A stretch of 63,524 nt of DNA, counting the filler, from Craspedostauros australis (lineage: Eukaryota), in NCBI GenBank assembly GCA_030167865.1. It is 11 parts of 11 records of this genome, joined end to end, with 100 filler letters (N's around TTAATTAATTAA, not from the genome) between each part and the next. Parts side by side here need not be neighbours in the genome. Positions count along the whole stretch, not along the records: positions 48,099 to 56,526 come from JALAGF010005925.1; positions 56,627 to 58,419 come from JALAGF010005927.1; positions 58,520 to 61,626 come from JALAGF010005929.1; positions 61,727 to 63,524 come from JALAGF010005930.1; 7 more parts are not named here. The stretch is one strand, 5' to 3'. Within the stretch, counting starts at the first letter, position 1. Each line of letters begins with the position of its first letter. Made by a program: the position numbers and the translations under genes. The notes under the pieces were generated by a model, which had not been told where the DNA came from, ran no database searches, and saw only the letters and a list, made by a program, of their open reading frames with translations. Positions 50,928 through 63,469 of the stretch are shown here, piece by piece.

Positions 50928-51635
50928 ATGAAGTTTGTTCCCACCGTCGTTCTTGCTCTGTGGCTCACCACAACATTGCCCAGCTGTGCCTTTGCAGCAG
51001 GCGGCACTGCAGACGATGCTGCAGGTGCCATGTTGCAAACGGAAAGTGCCAAGATGCATCTTCCATCTGTGCAGGGCTTGTGGAAAGCCCTTTGCACATT
51101 CATTCCCTTGCAATACTTCGAGTTTGCGATGAAGGTGCTCTTTGTTGGTGCTGTTGGTGTCATCGTTGGTGGCAACTTGATCCAGAAGGGAGTGGACCAA
51201 GCTTCGGAGAACTTGGATCGGATCGCAGAGCAGCGTATCCACCAAGCTACACAGGGCTTGGATCGGACCACAGAGAAGCGTCTCCAAGAAGCTGACAAGG
51301 CTGCGGAGCGACGCATCAACCAAGCTTCGGAGAACTTGGATCGGATCGCAGAGCAGCGTATCCACCAAGCTACACAGGGCTTGGATCGGACCACAGAGAA
51401 ACGTCTCCAAGAAGCTGACAAGGTTGCAGAGCAGTGCATCAACCAAGCTTTGGAGAACTTGGATCGGATCGCAGAGCGGCGTATCCACCAAGCTACACAG
51501 GGCTTGGATCGGACCACAGAGAAACGTCTCCAAGAAGCTGACGAGGTTGCAGAGCAGCGCATCAACCAAGCTTCGGAGAACTTGCAGGACGTCGTGGACT
51601 GCACACGTCTCACTTGGAGAGTGTGTCGCAAATAA
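50928..51635 (+). CDS. 235-aa signal-peptide plus TM protein with three and a partial 41-aa coiled-coil repeats
   Basis: Signal MKFVPTVVLALWLTTTLPSCAFA, hydrophobic VLFVGAVGVIVGG, and a 123-bp repeat starting at 51198, 51321, 51444 and 51567. Confidence 0.65.
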   Translation: MKFVPTVVLALWLTTTLPSCAFAAGGTADDAAGAMLQTESAKMHLPSVQGLWKALCTFIPLQYFEFAMKVLFVGAVGVIVGGNLIQKGVDQASENLDRIAEQRIHQATQGLDRTTEKRLQEADKAAERRINQASENLDRIAEQRIHQATQGLDRTTEKRLQEADKVAEQCINQALENLDRIAERRIHQATQGLDRTTEKRLQEADEVAEQRINQASENLQDVVDCTRLTWRVCRK

Positions 51636-52098
51636 GTCAACGAGGCCAGCATCAACAGCAACAGCACCACCATCAACGAACATAGTAATACAGTAACAGA
51701 TAGAAGAAACTACTGGGAAATCACTTGCATTCTATTACTCGTGTTCGATTACTTGTGTTACTACATTTGTTCGACCGCAGTCGATCGAGCGGCATCATCT
51801 CAGCCCAGATCATGAGTTCCTCTTCTCGCTCGGTTGGCTTGATGACAACACAATCAGCCTGCCTGTAGAAAAAGCTGTCATCCTTCCATCCGGTTGCCAT
51901 CAGCATCTCCTCCGTGGGTCTGCAAGAGTGTGTGCAGAGGAGCGCAGAGTAGTGGACGAATTTCTTCATGGATATCGGTACAACCCACGCTGCTCCAGCT
52001 TGCATTCAATGTCGTTCAATCATCTACCATCTGAGCATGTCGCCAATGGTATTCTATGAGTTGTGTGTTGACTGCAATCACCTGGTGCACATGTAGGC

Positions 52099-55000
52099 TC
52101 ACGCAGCGATCTTGTTCTTGTGTGGCCTCTTCTCGACGTCGTCTTCCATGTAGGACGGATCCGTCGAGCTTTCGTTGCCGCCGTCCTCATCTTCCTCATC
52201 CGTTTTCGTGGTGAGCAAGGAGCGTGACTTTTGCTTGCGGAAAGACGATTGCATCGTATCCTCCTCATCGCGGTGCTTGTGCAGCACGCGGTGCTTGTGC
52301 AGCACGCGGTGCTTGGAAACACGTGGAGGTGGACACGATCTCGCTGCTGCTGTGATTGCTGTCGCGGATGGAATCGGCATGCCGACGTCTCGTGGCGCTG
52401 CGGATGCGGTGCCTCTTGTCGCCAACGTTGCTGCTGCCCTTCTTGCTTTTGGCGGGAGCGGCCTCCTGCGCCGCAGATTTGTCCATGTCATTGTGTTTGT
52501 TGGATTTGCGTGCGGCGGATCGATGGTGCGATCGCGTGGATTGGTTCTTCATTTCCGTGCTCTCGAGAGATGAAGACTTCTTCGCGCGGGAGGATTTCGG
52601 CTTCGACATATCCATAACATCGCTCTTTGACGGAGTCTTCTTCAACGATTCTCCATTCTTGCTTTCGCGTTTGTGTGATGATCGATGCCTCGACCGAGTT
52701 GACGGTTCTGCCGTTGTGGCTGTCACGGCTGTTGTCGAAGCGTCCTGCTGCGGCTGATCACCCACGGACAGCTTGCGCGAGGATCGGTTGAGGTCACCCT
52801 TTCCGCGCGTCGAACGGTGACGCGACCGCGTGGACGGGTTGGTGTCATCCATAGCCTTCTTGCGCGATGATCTGTTTCTGGAACGGCTGGATGGATCCGC
52901 GGCATTGTCCGATGCCTCTTGCGTCACCTTCTTCAGCTCGCGTTGCTTCCGCGACGACTTCTGCCACGCCAATCTGCCACGCCAATCTGCCACGCCAATC
53001 TGCCACGCCAATCTGCCAGTGCGGTTTGGCGTTGACGAGGTGGCATCCTGCGAGGCCATGCGTCCGGCAGGGTCGGGTGCACTCTCCTTGCAGCGTGATG
53101 ACCGATGACGGGATCCCGATCGCAGAGTCGCCTCCACCGCATCGGCATTGATATCAGATTTGCGCTCATCACGATTGGTGCGGCCAACCTTGTGCTTGGA
53201 ACGCGAGGATGGTTCCAACTCTCCCTCATCCTGGCTGCTGCGATGCGACGAACGATTCTTGCGACGAGTGGATCGTTCGCCTCGTGCGGATGCCTCACGG
53301 GCGTCACTTGGATCCATCTTCGAGGATGATCCTGTCTTCGTGCGTCTCGATCGGCCCTCCTTCTGGTGTGACGATCCCAATTCGTTCTGATCCAGTGTGC
53401 GTTGATGACGTGATGACGTGATGACTTGCCACCATCGTCCTTCTTGGATGTCTTGTGTCTGTTCCGCGTTGATGGTGACTTCAAATCACGATCNNNNNNN
53501 NNNNNNNNNNNNNNNNNNNNNNNNNNNNNNNNNNNNNNNNNNNNNNNNNNNNNNNNNNNNNNNNNNNNNNNNNNNNNNNNNNNNNNNNNNNNNNNNNNNN
53601 NNNNNNNNNNNNNNNNNNNNNNNNNNNNNNNNNNNNNNNNNNNNNNNNNNNNNNNNNGACATGAGGGTGGAGAAGCTAGTAGTATCTGCGTGCTTCCCTC
53701 CCCTTGACGATGCGGCCGTGATGGTGCTGTTGTGAAGATCCAATGTCGCTCCAAGATTGCCATTGCCATTGCCATTGCCGCTGCTGTTGCTGGAGCGCCG
53801 TTTCGACGAGCTGGAGTTGCCCTTGGACTTGCGCTGCGCTTTGGTTTCCGCCGAAGACTCTCCAACTGCGATGGCTGCCGCTGATGCCGACGTGGCGTTG
53901 GAACGCCTCGCCTTGCTCTTCTTGATGAATCTCGTCTTGATTTTCTCCACCTCACCATTGTCGCAAAGACGACTTGACGACTGCAACTGCAACTGCGACG
54001 ATGAACCAAACATGGANNNNNNNNNNNNNNNNNNNNNNNNNNNNNNNNNNNNNNNNNNNNNNNNNNNNNNNNNNNNNNNNNNNNNNNNNNNNNNNNNNNN
54101 NNNNNNNNNNNNNNNNNNNNNNNNNNNNNNNNNNNNNNNNNNNNNNNNNNNNNNNNNNNNNNNNNNNNNNNNNNNNNNNNNNNNNNNNNNNNNNNNNNNN
54201 NNNNNNNNNNNNNNNNNNNNNNNNNNNNNNNNNNNNNNNNNNNNNNNNNNNNNNNNNNNNNNNNNNNNNNNNNNNNNNNNNNNNTGATCGTCGCTCAACT
54301 GAAGCGACTGCTGCGACGGTGGTTTCAGCGGCTGGCGCGATTCCGCGTTGCTGCTGTCGCCATCATCCTGAATCGAAGTGAAACCGGAATCTTCCAACGT
54401 CGATGACTCGTGGATCATCTGGATGAAGAGATTGCGGTGACTTCCGCTGTGTTGGCCGGGCAGTGAAAGCAAGGGCGGCTGATCACCGGCCGTCGACGTC
54501 GACGTCGTCATCGGTGCCCGTGGACTCCAACATCGTCGACGATCTCATGATGCTGNNNNNNNNNNNNNNNNNNNNNNNNNNNNNNNNNNNNNNNNNNNNN
54601 NNNNNNNNNNNNNNNNNNNNNNNNNNNNNNNNNNNNNNNNNNNNNNNNNNNNNNNNNNNNNNNNNNNNNNNNNNNNNNNNNNNNNNNNNNNNNNNNNNNN
54701 NNNGTGACTCGCAGTTGAATGACGCTTCATCCGGATCATCATGATCGTCGTTATTGTCATCATTGTCCTGCTTATCAAAACTGCCCTTGCGATGATGTGA
54801 GGAAAAGAACTTGATGGGCAGACCGAATCGTTTGTGATTGGGAGACACCGATCGTTGTCTGCGGCGATTCCTTGTGAGCGGAGACATGAGGATCCCGTTG
54901 CGTTGCTGCGGCATTGTTGNNNNNNNNNNNNNNNNNNNNNNNNNNNNNNNNNNNNNNNNNNNNNNNNNNAAGCTGCAGGTCAAACTGCGGTATATCCTTG

Positions 55001-56500
55001 AGATCCGTCGTCATGTTCATGAGGCTGTCATCCAGCGACTTCGTGTGCGTGATCGACATGGAGCTGCGCGGCTGCTACACCTGCAGTGACTCGCAGTTGA
55101 ATGACGCTTCATCCGGATCATCATGATCGTCGTTATTGTCATCATTGTCCTGCTTATCAAAACTGCCCTTGCGATGATGTGAGGAAAAGAACTTGATGGG
55201 CAGACCGAATCGTTTGTGATTGGGAGACACCGATCGTTGTCTGCGGCGATTCCTTGTGAGCGGAGACATGAGGATCCCGTTGCGTTGCTGCGGCATTGTT
55301 GTTGTTGTTGTTTCGCCGCTCTTCGATGGTGCATCGGTCACCTTGCGTTGACTCGACGACAGCTTGTCGATCGTATCTTTCTTGTGGATTGAAGATTTGG
55401 ACTTCTTGGGCCGCTTGCGTTCTCCAACCCCGTCAACACTCCTGCGACTATGCTGCGATGTTCGGCGATCCTTCTTCCTCCTCTTCGTCTTCTCGTTCGG
55501 CACCGCCGCGGCATCGGATTCCGTCACGCCATCATCATCATCATCATCTTCGTCGTCCTTGAGACAGTGTCCGCGCAACGCCAACGCCAACGGCACGCGC
55601 TTATTGTCAGGCCGCAACCACCCGAAGAACTTGGTGATGGAGAGTCGCTGTTTGTGCGTACCCGTCGTATGCGGTGCATGGCGCGCGGACGGCGTGAGCT
55701 TGGGCACGGGCGAGGCCGGAATGCACTTCTTGGCGAATGAGGCCGATCGCTTGACAGCGTCGAGGGGTTTGGTGACGCGGACGTGCTCCGATCGCGATGG
55801 ATGCTGCTGGTTCTTTTTGGAAGCGTAGCTGCTGTCGCCGCTGGGCGTTTTGCGTGGGGCGCCGATCGTGCGCGGGTGCCCCGATTGTGACTTTGGTTTG
55901 GAGCGATTGCGTCGCGGCATGGGTGGTTCGAAGGGTGGTGGCGATGGCATCGGTTTGATGCCGTTATCGGATGATGTATGCTGCGCCATGAAGTTGTCAT
56001 AATCCGTCCATAATCCGTCCACAATCCGTCCACAATCCGTCCACAATCCGTCCACACGCTGATGTCTTCATCCGACAGCACAACGGGGCGTTCTTGTGGA
56101 TCGATGACGATGAGCACGGGAACGAAATGGGTCGATGCCGACGGTGCCGGCGCTTCTCTCGTGATCATGCGGTCGATGGAGCTCGTGCGGCCGTGTCGGA
56201 AGGATCGATTGATCGAGCGCAAGGCCGGACGGTCTTTCTCGTCTCACAGTTCGTCGCGGAAGTCTTCATCTTCATCGTCTTCATCGTCTTCATCCGATTC
56301 CTCACTGCTACTACTGCTGCTGCTGCTCGAACTGGATTCCTCGCTGCCGCTGCTGTCCGTTTCGGAGTCATCAAGCGATTCCTGATCCCAGCTGGCATTC
56401 TCATGCAAGACGCAATGGATCGTCCTGCTGGGGCTGCCATCATGCGGCAGCGCAAGTTCATCGTCGCTTCGGTTGGCTGTGGCTGTGGCTGTGCATGTGG
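52099..56500 (-). pseudogene. Long low-complexity Ser/Arg/Lys/Asp-rich disordered protein gene, gapped and frameshifted
   Basis: Consecutive minus-strand ORFs of the same composition with recurring PSxRSRHRSS motifs. TGA at 56246-56244; frame breaks at 56001-56055, 53403-53425 and about 52330. Confidence 0.6.
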
Positions 56501-56903
56501 CTGTGCATGTGGCTGCTCATGTCGTCNNNNNNNNNNNNNNNNNNNNNNNNNNNNNNNNNNNNNNNNNNNNTTAATTAATTAANNNNNNNNNNNNNNNNNN
56601 NNNNNNNNNNNNNNNNNNNNNNNNNNGGCTCCAGACAGCAGCTGGAGAGCTTCTGATCACACCCAACAACTTCACACACGGCTGAGCATTGATCAGAGTA
56701 TTCTGCCACCTCCAGCTATCAATGTATCAGCAGTGATCCTTGCCAGATGTCATTTGGCAAGCAGTAGTGAATTGGCAGTGATGATTTACAAGAGAGAGAG
56801 AGGGAGGAGCATCCAGCACACCACTTGACCCAACCAGAGAATCCACAGTTTACCCAACCAAGAGATTCCAGAAAAGCATATCCAGAAGAGAGCTGAGCAT
56901 GCA

Positions 56904-57712
56904 TGTTGGCAAGTTCCGCTCACGGAAGCCTACGATCATGGAAGATGGTATTGGTTGATAGTTGTTCGTTTGCTATTTCATTACGTTGGCACTCCAATGC
57001 TCTTGATGTCCGTTCGTTCTCTTGCCTGATGCTCTCGGCGCTTCAATCTGTTTTGTAGATTCGGTCTCCAACTATGAGTCGGTGTGCAAGATGCTCTCTT
57101 GCTGCTATTCGTTCTCTCTCTTTCTGTCTCAGCATTATGTGCTTCGTGCTACACCATGCTCCGTGTTCGATGCGTACTCCGCATTCGACACTTTGTTCAT
57201 TCAGTACTGGTTCCTACTCCATGAGTACTTACCATTTGAAGTTCATCTCCCATATCCATGATCTTGATGCCCTTCGGTCATCGGATCTTTGCCTCCTGCT
57301 CTGACTTGGAGACAGATGTCGANNNNNNNNNNNNNNNNNNNNNNNNNNACGTCAGTAGGCGTCCTTCTGCTCTCCAGATGTCACGTTCCATTGGTGATGC
57401 AGTAGTCTGTCAGATGATATCGTCATCTGAGGTTAAGTTGGGAAGTACCTCAAGATTCTCTTGGTACCATACATCTCCATTGATGGATGGACGGACGATA
57501 TTTCCAATTCTCTCAGAAATCGTCGATTGCAAATTTCCTCCAGACATTCTGCTCATTTTCGTGTGTTCCATTTCCACTGTAATTCTGACAAATCACAGCA
57601 TACTATTGACACGAATGTAGTTTTACCGTTCGTACATGAATAAGAGATTAACAGGTGAACGATGCACATACACACGTACATCTTGACATGTACACGCATG
57701 TACATCTCGACA
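56904..57712. mobile_element. LTR-like element family A, copy 2
   Basis: Collinear with 31075-31867 and has the same TG...CA boundaries. Confidence 0.75.
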
Positions 57713-58519
57713 CAGCTGGATGCTTGAGGTTGAATGGAGTCCAATGGCGTCAAAGCTTCCTGTTGCTTGCGCAAGGCCACCACAACATTGCTCCAACACT
57801 CTTTCCAACACCAACAATCATACACTTTTCAAAGGATCTCTGCCCATTGAATGTAGAGGAAAGATCCCAACCTGGATGCCAATGCCAGAACTTGTACAAG
57901 GATGGATGATCTTCATGGATGAATAGATGGGTGGGTGGGTCCTGTGCTGCGGCCAATATGGCATGCTCACCACCAAAGCAGATGCCCCATGAGTGAAGTT
58001 GCCAAAGCTGCAATCTTGAATTCAACCCATATTGCAGGCCACAGTGGTGACTGTGACCNNNNNNNNNNTGTTTACGCCATTGTAATCAGCATTGTCATTT
58101 TTGTTATTGGTTTGCTGTGATGTGCGCATGTGTTGCATATGGCCGGTGTGCCAAGTATTGTGTACATTTGTAGCGTGAGCTCATCTTGCTAGCGAGCACA
58201 GACCTGTGGGTACTTGTACTCGACGACAGCACCGATGCCATTGTCGATCTTGATGCCGATGTTGGTGTTGTTGTTTTCTGGTGTCACACAAAGACCCAGA
58301 ATCTCACTCACAACTGTGTTCACAAAGCCACAGCTGACGACATGATACCAAAACGGATACTACCGACAGAAGTATCTCAACAGCCAACTGCTGTGTCGCC
58401 GTTCACATCAAAGGAACACNNNNNNNNNNNNNNNNNNNNNNNNNNNNNNNNNNNNNNNNNNNNTTAATTAATTAANNNNNNNNNNNNNNNNNNNNNNNNN
58501 NNNNNNNNNNNNNNNNNNN

Positions 58520-61500
58520 AGCCTCATGCCACATTGTGAATTCGGATAAGGGGATGTTCAACATCCGCCACATCCAGTCCTTTGTGAAGGTCGGCGACAA
58601 CACACAACTCAACTCACCGAAGATGGGGTCCATCTATCTCCGAGTGAAACAACGCGACAACACACAGCGCACCATCAGACTGAACGACGTCAAGTTCGCA
58701 CCCAAGATGTGGGTGAACCTGTTCTCAACGAACAAGGCGCTGGANAATGGATACCAGATNGGNAACAANGGTATCATCATGGACATCGCAAACGGCAACG
58801 GGAACAAGATCGTGTTCGATCGAGTGTTCCGCACGCGAAATGGNTTCGTGACTGGCGTGCAGATGCATGCAGTCAAGCCACGCACAGACATCACGGCTGC
58901 GGCCGTCACATCGGATCCACCGAAGGGCATCAACGCGTCCACACTCCATCGCATGTTGGGACACGCCCCACTTGAGGCAATGCAACGAACCGCATCGCAC
59001 CACGGATGGAACNNNNNNNNNNNNNNNNNNNNNNNNNNNNNNNNNNNNNNNNNNNNNNNNNNNNNNNNNNNNNNNNNNNNNNNNNNNNNNNNNNNNNNNN
59101 NNNNNNNNNNNNNNNNNNNNNNNNNNNNNNNNNNNNNNNNNNNNNNNNNNNNNNNNNNNNNNNNNNNNNNNNNNNNNNNNNNNNNNNNNNNNNNNNNNNN
59201 NNNNNNNNNNNNNNNNNNNNNNNNNNNNNNNNNNNNNNNNNNNNNNNNNNNNNNNNNNNNNNNNNNNNNNNNNNNGATCGTAGACGACCACACAGATTAC
59301 TGCTGGAGCATCTTCCTCACCAACAAGAGCGACCAACCGGCCTTCCTGAAGCGATTCCTCCAGAAGATGCAGCCGCACACCGACGGCAAACCAACCATCT
59401 TCCGCGGAGACAACAGCGGAGAGAACAAGGCATCGGAGGCCCATCTACTCGAAGCCGGATTCGACGTCTCATTCGAATACACGGCATCCAACACGCCACA
59501 ACAGAACGGCAGAGTCGAGCGCAAGTTCGCATACTTGTACACNAAGATGCGATCCATGCTGAANGGNGCCCAGCTCAACGAGGAGCACAGACNTGGNCTA
59601 TGGGCTGCNGCAGCCAACGTCGCGACCGCGGTCGCCAACATCACCGTGGCGAAGGGACAGACCAAGTCGCCACACCATCTATTCTTCGGAGAGGATCCGA
59701 AGTATGCAAGCGGACTTCGCACCTTTGGTGAAGTCGGAGTCGTCAAGACGGCCTACGGAGGCATGACGGCGAAACTCCAGAACAGAGGCGAGGCGATGTT
59801 GTTCGTCGGATATGCTCCACAGCATGGATCCGGCGTCTACAACATGTACCGCCCATCCACCAAGTCCATCATCTGCACCAGAGACGTGAAGTGGCTCAAC
59901 AGATCGTACGGGCACTTCAAGGGTTGGACCTACGGCTCGGACGATGGGAAGCCGGAAGGGAGTCAGATCGTCGCAACCGACGCCGAGCGACCAACAGAGA
60001 CCGACGATGACGGATTCATCCTGGTCGGAAGGGAAGGGACAGCGCCGTCCCACACCGCTCGAGCCAAGCCGAAGCGACGCTCTGTGTCATTCGCCGACGC
60101 GAATTCCTACCACGTCCTCTCAGATGACGACGATGAGGACAATGACGACACCGACAACAACACGAGTGCAAAGGAGGACTCACCAGGTCTCGCAAGCGAG
60201 ACGGCGACCACACCAGTGGACGAAGGGACTGCGTCCGAAGAAGAGGTTGACGCGATTCCTGTCGACGACGACACGGTCACCGACATTGAAGATGTCGCCC
60301 CACCGAGTGTCCCGCCAAGCATCCTCCGCACTCCGCCAACGTCACGCAAGCGTTCGCACGAAGCGAACGACGATTCGAAAGCTAGTCGCACCACGACTGC
60401 TGATCCCCCAAGACGACCAAGCAAGCGCGATACCACTCGCAGCGAACGACAACAGCGATACATCGAGCGAAGCAAGCATCAAGCAAAAACGAATGCAAAG
60501 TCGCGTGCATCGCTGCCATCCAACGTGAAAGGAAAGAGCGAATTGCGCAACCTTGCGAACTACAACAAGCCAGGAAAGAAAGAGAAGCATGAAGGCAAGC
60601 GGTTCACTACCAACCTATCCGTCTTCAATAGGGGAAGCGACACCGACGACGACAAGAGCAACACAGACCACGNNNNNNNNNNNNNNNNNNNNNNNNNNNN
60701 NNNNNNNNNNNNNNNNNNNNNNAAGCAAGCGCGATACCACTCGCAGCGAACGACAACAGCGATACATCGAGCGAAGCAAGCATCAAGCAAAAACGAATGC
60801 AAAGTCGCGTGCATCGCTGCCATCCAACGTGAAAGGAAAGAGCGAATTGCGCAACCTTGCGAACTACAACAAGCCAGGAAAGAAAGAGAAGNATGAAGGC
60901 AAGCGGTTCACTACCAACCTATCCGTCTTCAATAGGGGAAGCNACACCGACGACGANAAGAGCNACACAGACCACGATCANGACAGCAGCGAGGAGACCA
61001 ACGACGANGANGAAACNAATGNCNACACCACCGACGAGAATGAGGAGAACGACGAAGCTACGAACGACGAAGACAGCGACTCTCCTCCATCAGACATCAC
61101 CAACGCAGTTACCGATGCTCTATTCGGTAACAACACAATCAGCACCGACGATTTCAAGATAGAGATCTGCGCAACCACCCAAGATGAGACAGGAGAGACG
61201 CCGACGCACATCGAGCCATCAACCTTTGACCAAGCATTCAACCATCCGAATGCAACACACCGGAAGGGCTACAGAGCTGCCATCGCAAAGGAGTTCGGTT
61301 CGATGGATGCTCGATCCGTCTACAGCAAGATCAANCGCTCATCGATTCCAAGGGACCGCAGATGCTGCAAGTGCAAATGGGTGTTTAAATTAAAGCGCAA
61401 TGGAACCTATCGAGCGCGTCTGGTGGCGTGTGGCTATTCGCAGATTGCAGGAGTGGACTACCAAGAGCACCACTCGCCTGTCATCCACGACGTCACGTAC

Positions 61501-61626
61501 CGTGTGATGATGGTGATCATGATGCTGCAGAAGATGGACTGCGCACTCGTGGACGTCGTCACGGCATTCTTGTACGGCGACCTCGAAGAAGAGGTGTACA
61601 TGAATTGTCCAAGCGGAATGGACAGC
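58520..61626 (+). mobile_element. Ty1/copia pol: protease, GAG-pre-integrase, integrase, reverse transcriptase (RVT_2) N-half; closely related to 26478-29032
   Basis: ASCHIVNS, LHRMLGHAPLE, TPQQNGRVERKF, CKWVFKLKRNGTYRARLVACGYSQIAGVDY and DVVTAFLYGDLEEEVYM. INT-before-RT order. 60419-60672 is repeated at 60723-60976 across a gap. Confidence 0.96.
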
Positions 61627-61726
61627 NNNNNNNNNNNNNNNNNNNNNNNNNNNNNNNNNNNNNNNNNNNNTTAATTAATTAANNNNNNNNNNNNNNNNNN
61701 NNNNNNNNNNNNNNNNNNNNNNNNNN

Positions 61727-63469
61727 CGTCTGACTTTTGCTTCTTCCATCTGCGGTTCACCTCCCTGCGCAAGATCTTCAAAGGCTGCATTCAGTCGCTG
61801 TGCGTACATCTCAAACGTGAAGTTTCGTGCTCTTCCGTCGAAGTATGTCTCAGCGATCGTTTTGTCAGCCGATGCTTTCGTGCGTGCTTGAAATGAGTCT
61901 CCACGATAGTGTTGCTCAAGCGCCTGATGAGCTGCTCGTCCGTCTTTCGATCTCTCGAATCCCTGTACCCAGTTCCAAGCAGGACCACCGTGTGTTGCAG
62001 CTCGAACGATTTGCCAAACTGCTGCTCTGTCTGCTTTGTAAATGGAACCGGAGTGGGGTGCACGGTCAATCAGCTCGTCCAACATGGTTGGTTCTCCGAA
62101 TGATGTTGTGACAGCGGGAATTCTGTCCTCTGGCTTCTCTGAATCTGGTCGAACAACGTATGCAAGTGGAATGTCTTGACTCCCAAGTGTGTTGTCCAAA
62201 TAATTGCGGATGTCTTCCAGTGTCTCTCTGACTGAGTCCACCTTGGTGAGTAATTCAGGTGTCGGAAGTGGATCACTGTCTTTGATTCGTTTCTCGTCTT
62301 TGAATAAGTTCCAAGCGGTGTTGAGTCGGGATAGTGTGGCACCTGATGATGTGAATGATCGTTGAATGCGGCTGTAGTGAAAGCGAAGGTAGCGAAGCTT
62401 CCGCAATCGCATCTCATATACCCATCCAAGAGGCACTCCTGGGTTGCGTATCATTACCGGTGTCCCAGAGACTGGCTTTGAGGGTACGTATGCTGGATTT
62501 GCGATGTAACCACTGCCTTTTCGAATGCGTTCNCACAACGCCTGTATATCGTCGTCGTCGAATGAAAGCAGGTCGTCAAATGATGATATTCCCTGCTCCT
62601 TGATCGCCTCTCCAATCGTATCATCCGGAAACAGTAGCACATTGCGAAAGTAATTCTGAATTTCGGCTGCTGCTCCTGCCATCGTGGATGTCTTTNNNNN
62701 NNNNNNNNNNNNNNNNNNNNNNNNNNNNNNNNNNNNNNNNNNNNNGTACCCAATTCCACGCAGGACCACCGTGTGTTGCAGCTCGAACGACTTGCCAAAC
62801 TGCTGCTCTGTCTGCTTTGTAAATGGAACTGGAACTGGAATGAGATGCACGATCAATCAGTTCGTCCAACATGGTTGGCTCTCCAAATGATGTTCTGACA
62901 GCGGGAATTCTGTCCTCTGGCTTCTCTGAATCTGGTCGAACAACGTATGCAAGTGGAATGTCTTGACTCCCAAGTGTGTTGTCCAAGTAATTGCGAATGT
63001 CCTCGAGCGTCTCTCTGACTGAGTCCACCTTGGTGAGTAATTCGGGTGTTGGTAGAGGATCACTGCTCTTGATTCGTTTCTCGTCTTTGAACAAGCTCCA
63101 AACTGCGTCGAGTCGGGATAGTGTGGCACCTGATGATGTGAATGTTCGTTGAATGCGGCTGTAGTGAAAGCGAATGTAGCGAAGCTTTCGCAATCTCATC
63201 TCATATACCCANCCAAGAGGCACTCCTGGGTTGCGGATCATTACCGGTGTCCCAGAGACTGGCTTTGAGGGTACGTATGCTGGATTTGCGATGTAACCAC
63301 TGCCTTTTCGAATGCGTTCACACAACGCTTGTATGTTGTTGTCGTCGAATGAAAGCAGGTCGTCAAATGATGATATTCCCTGCTCCTTGATCGCTTCACC
63401 AATCGTATCATCCGGAAACAGTAGCACATTACGAAAGTAGTTCTGAATTTCGGCTGCTGCTCCTGCCAT
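61727..63469 (-). mobile_element. Two similar copies of a diatom copia (CoDi)-type gag 5' region (ATG at 62682 and 63469)
   Basis: QGISSFDDL, GSQDIPLAYVVRP, DRAAVWQIV...AWNWV...DGRAAHQALEQHYRG and YFDGRARNFTFEMY. The copies differ by many SNPs and a 9-bp indel. Confidence 0.8.

Larger units (their letters stand above)
8368..61682. other. Ten artificial scaffold linkers N(n)-TTAATTAATTAA-N(n) at 8368, 11338, 15575, 26422, 29077, 44185, 48043, 56571, 58464, 61671
   Basis: An identical 12-mer with stops in all six frames, always embedded in about 44+44 Ns. Confidence 0.97.

Noticed and set aside
12317..60976. Gap-flanking direct duplications (12.3/13.0 kb, 26.8/27.5 kb, 46.4/46.7 kb, 54.7/55.1 kb, 60.4/60.7 kb) as real tandem duplications
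   Set aside because: Each pair straddles an N run, as expected for unmerged overlapping contigs or haplotypes. They cannot be accepted without long reads.
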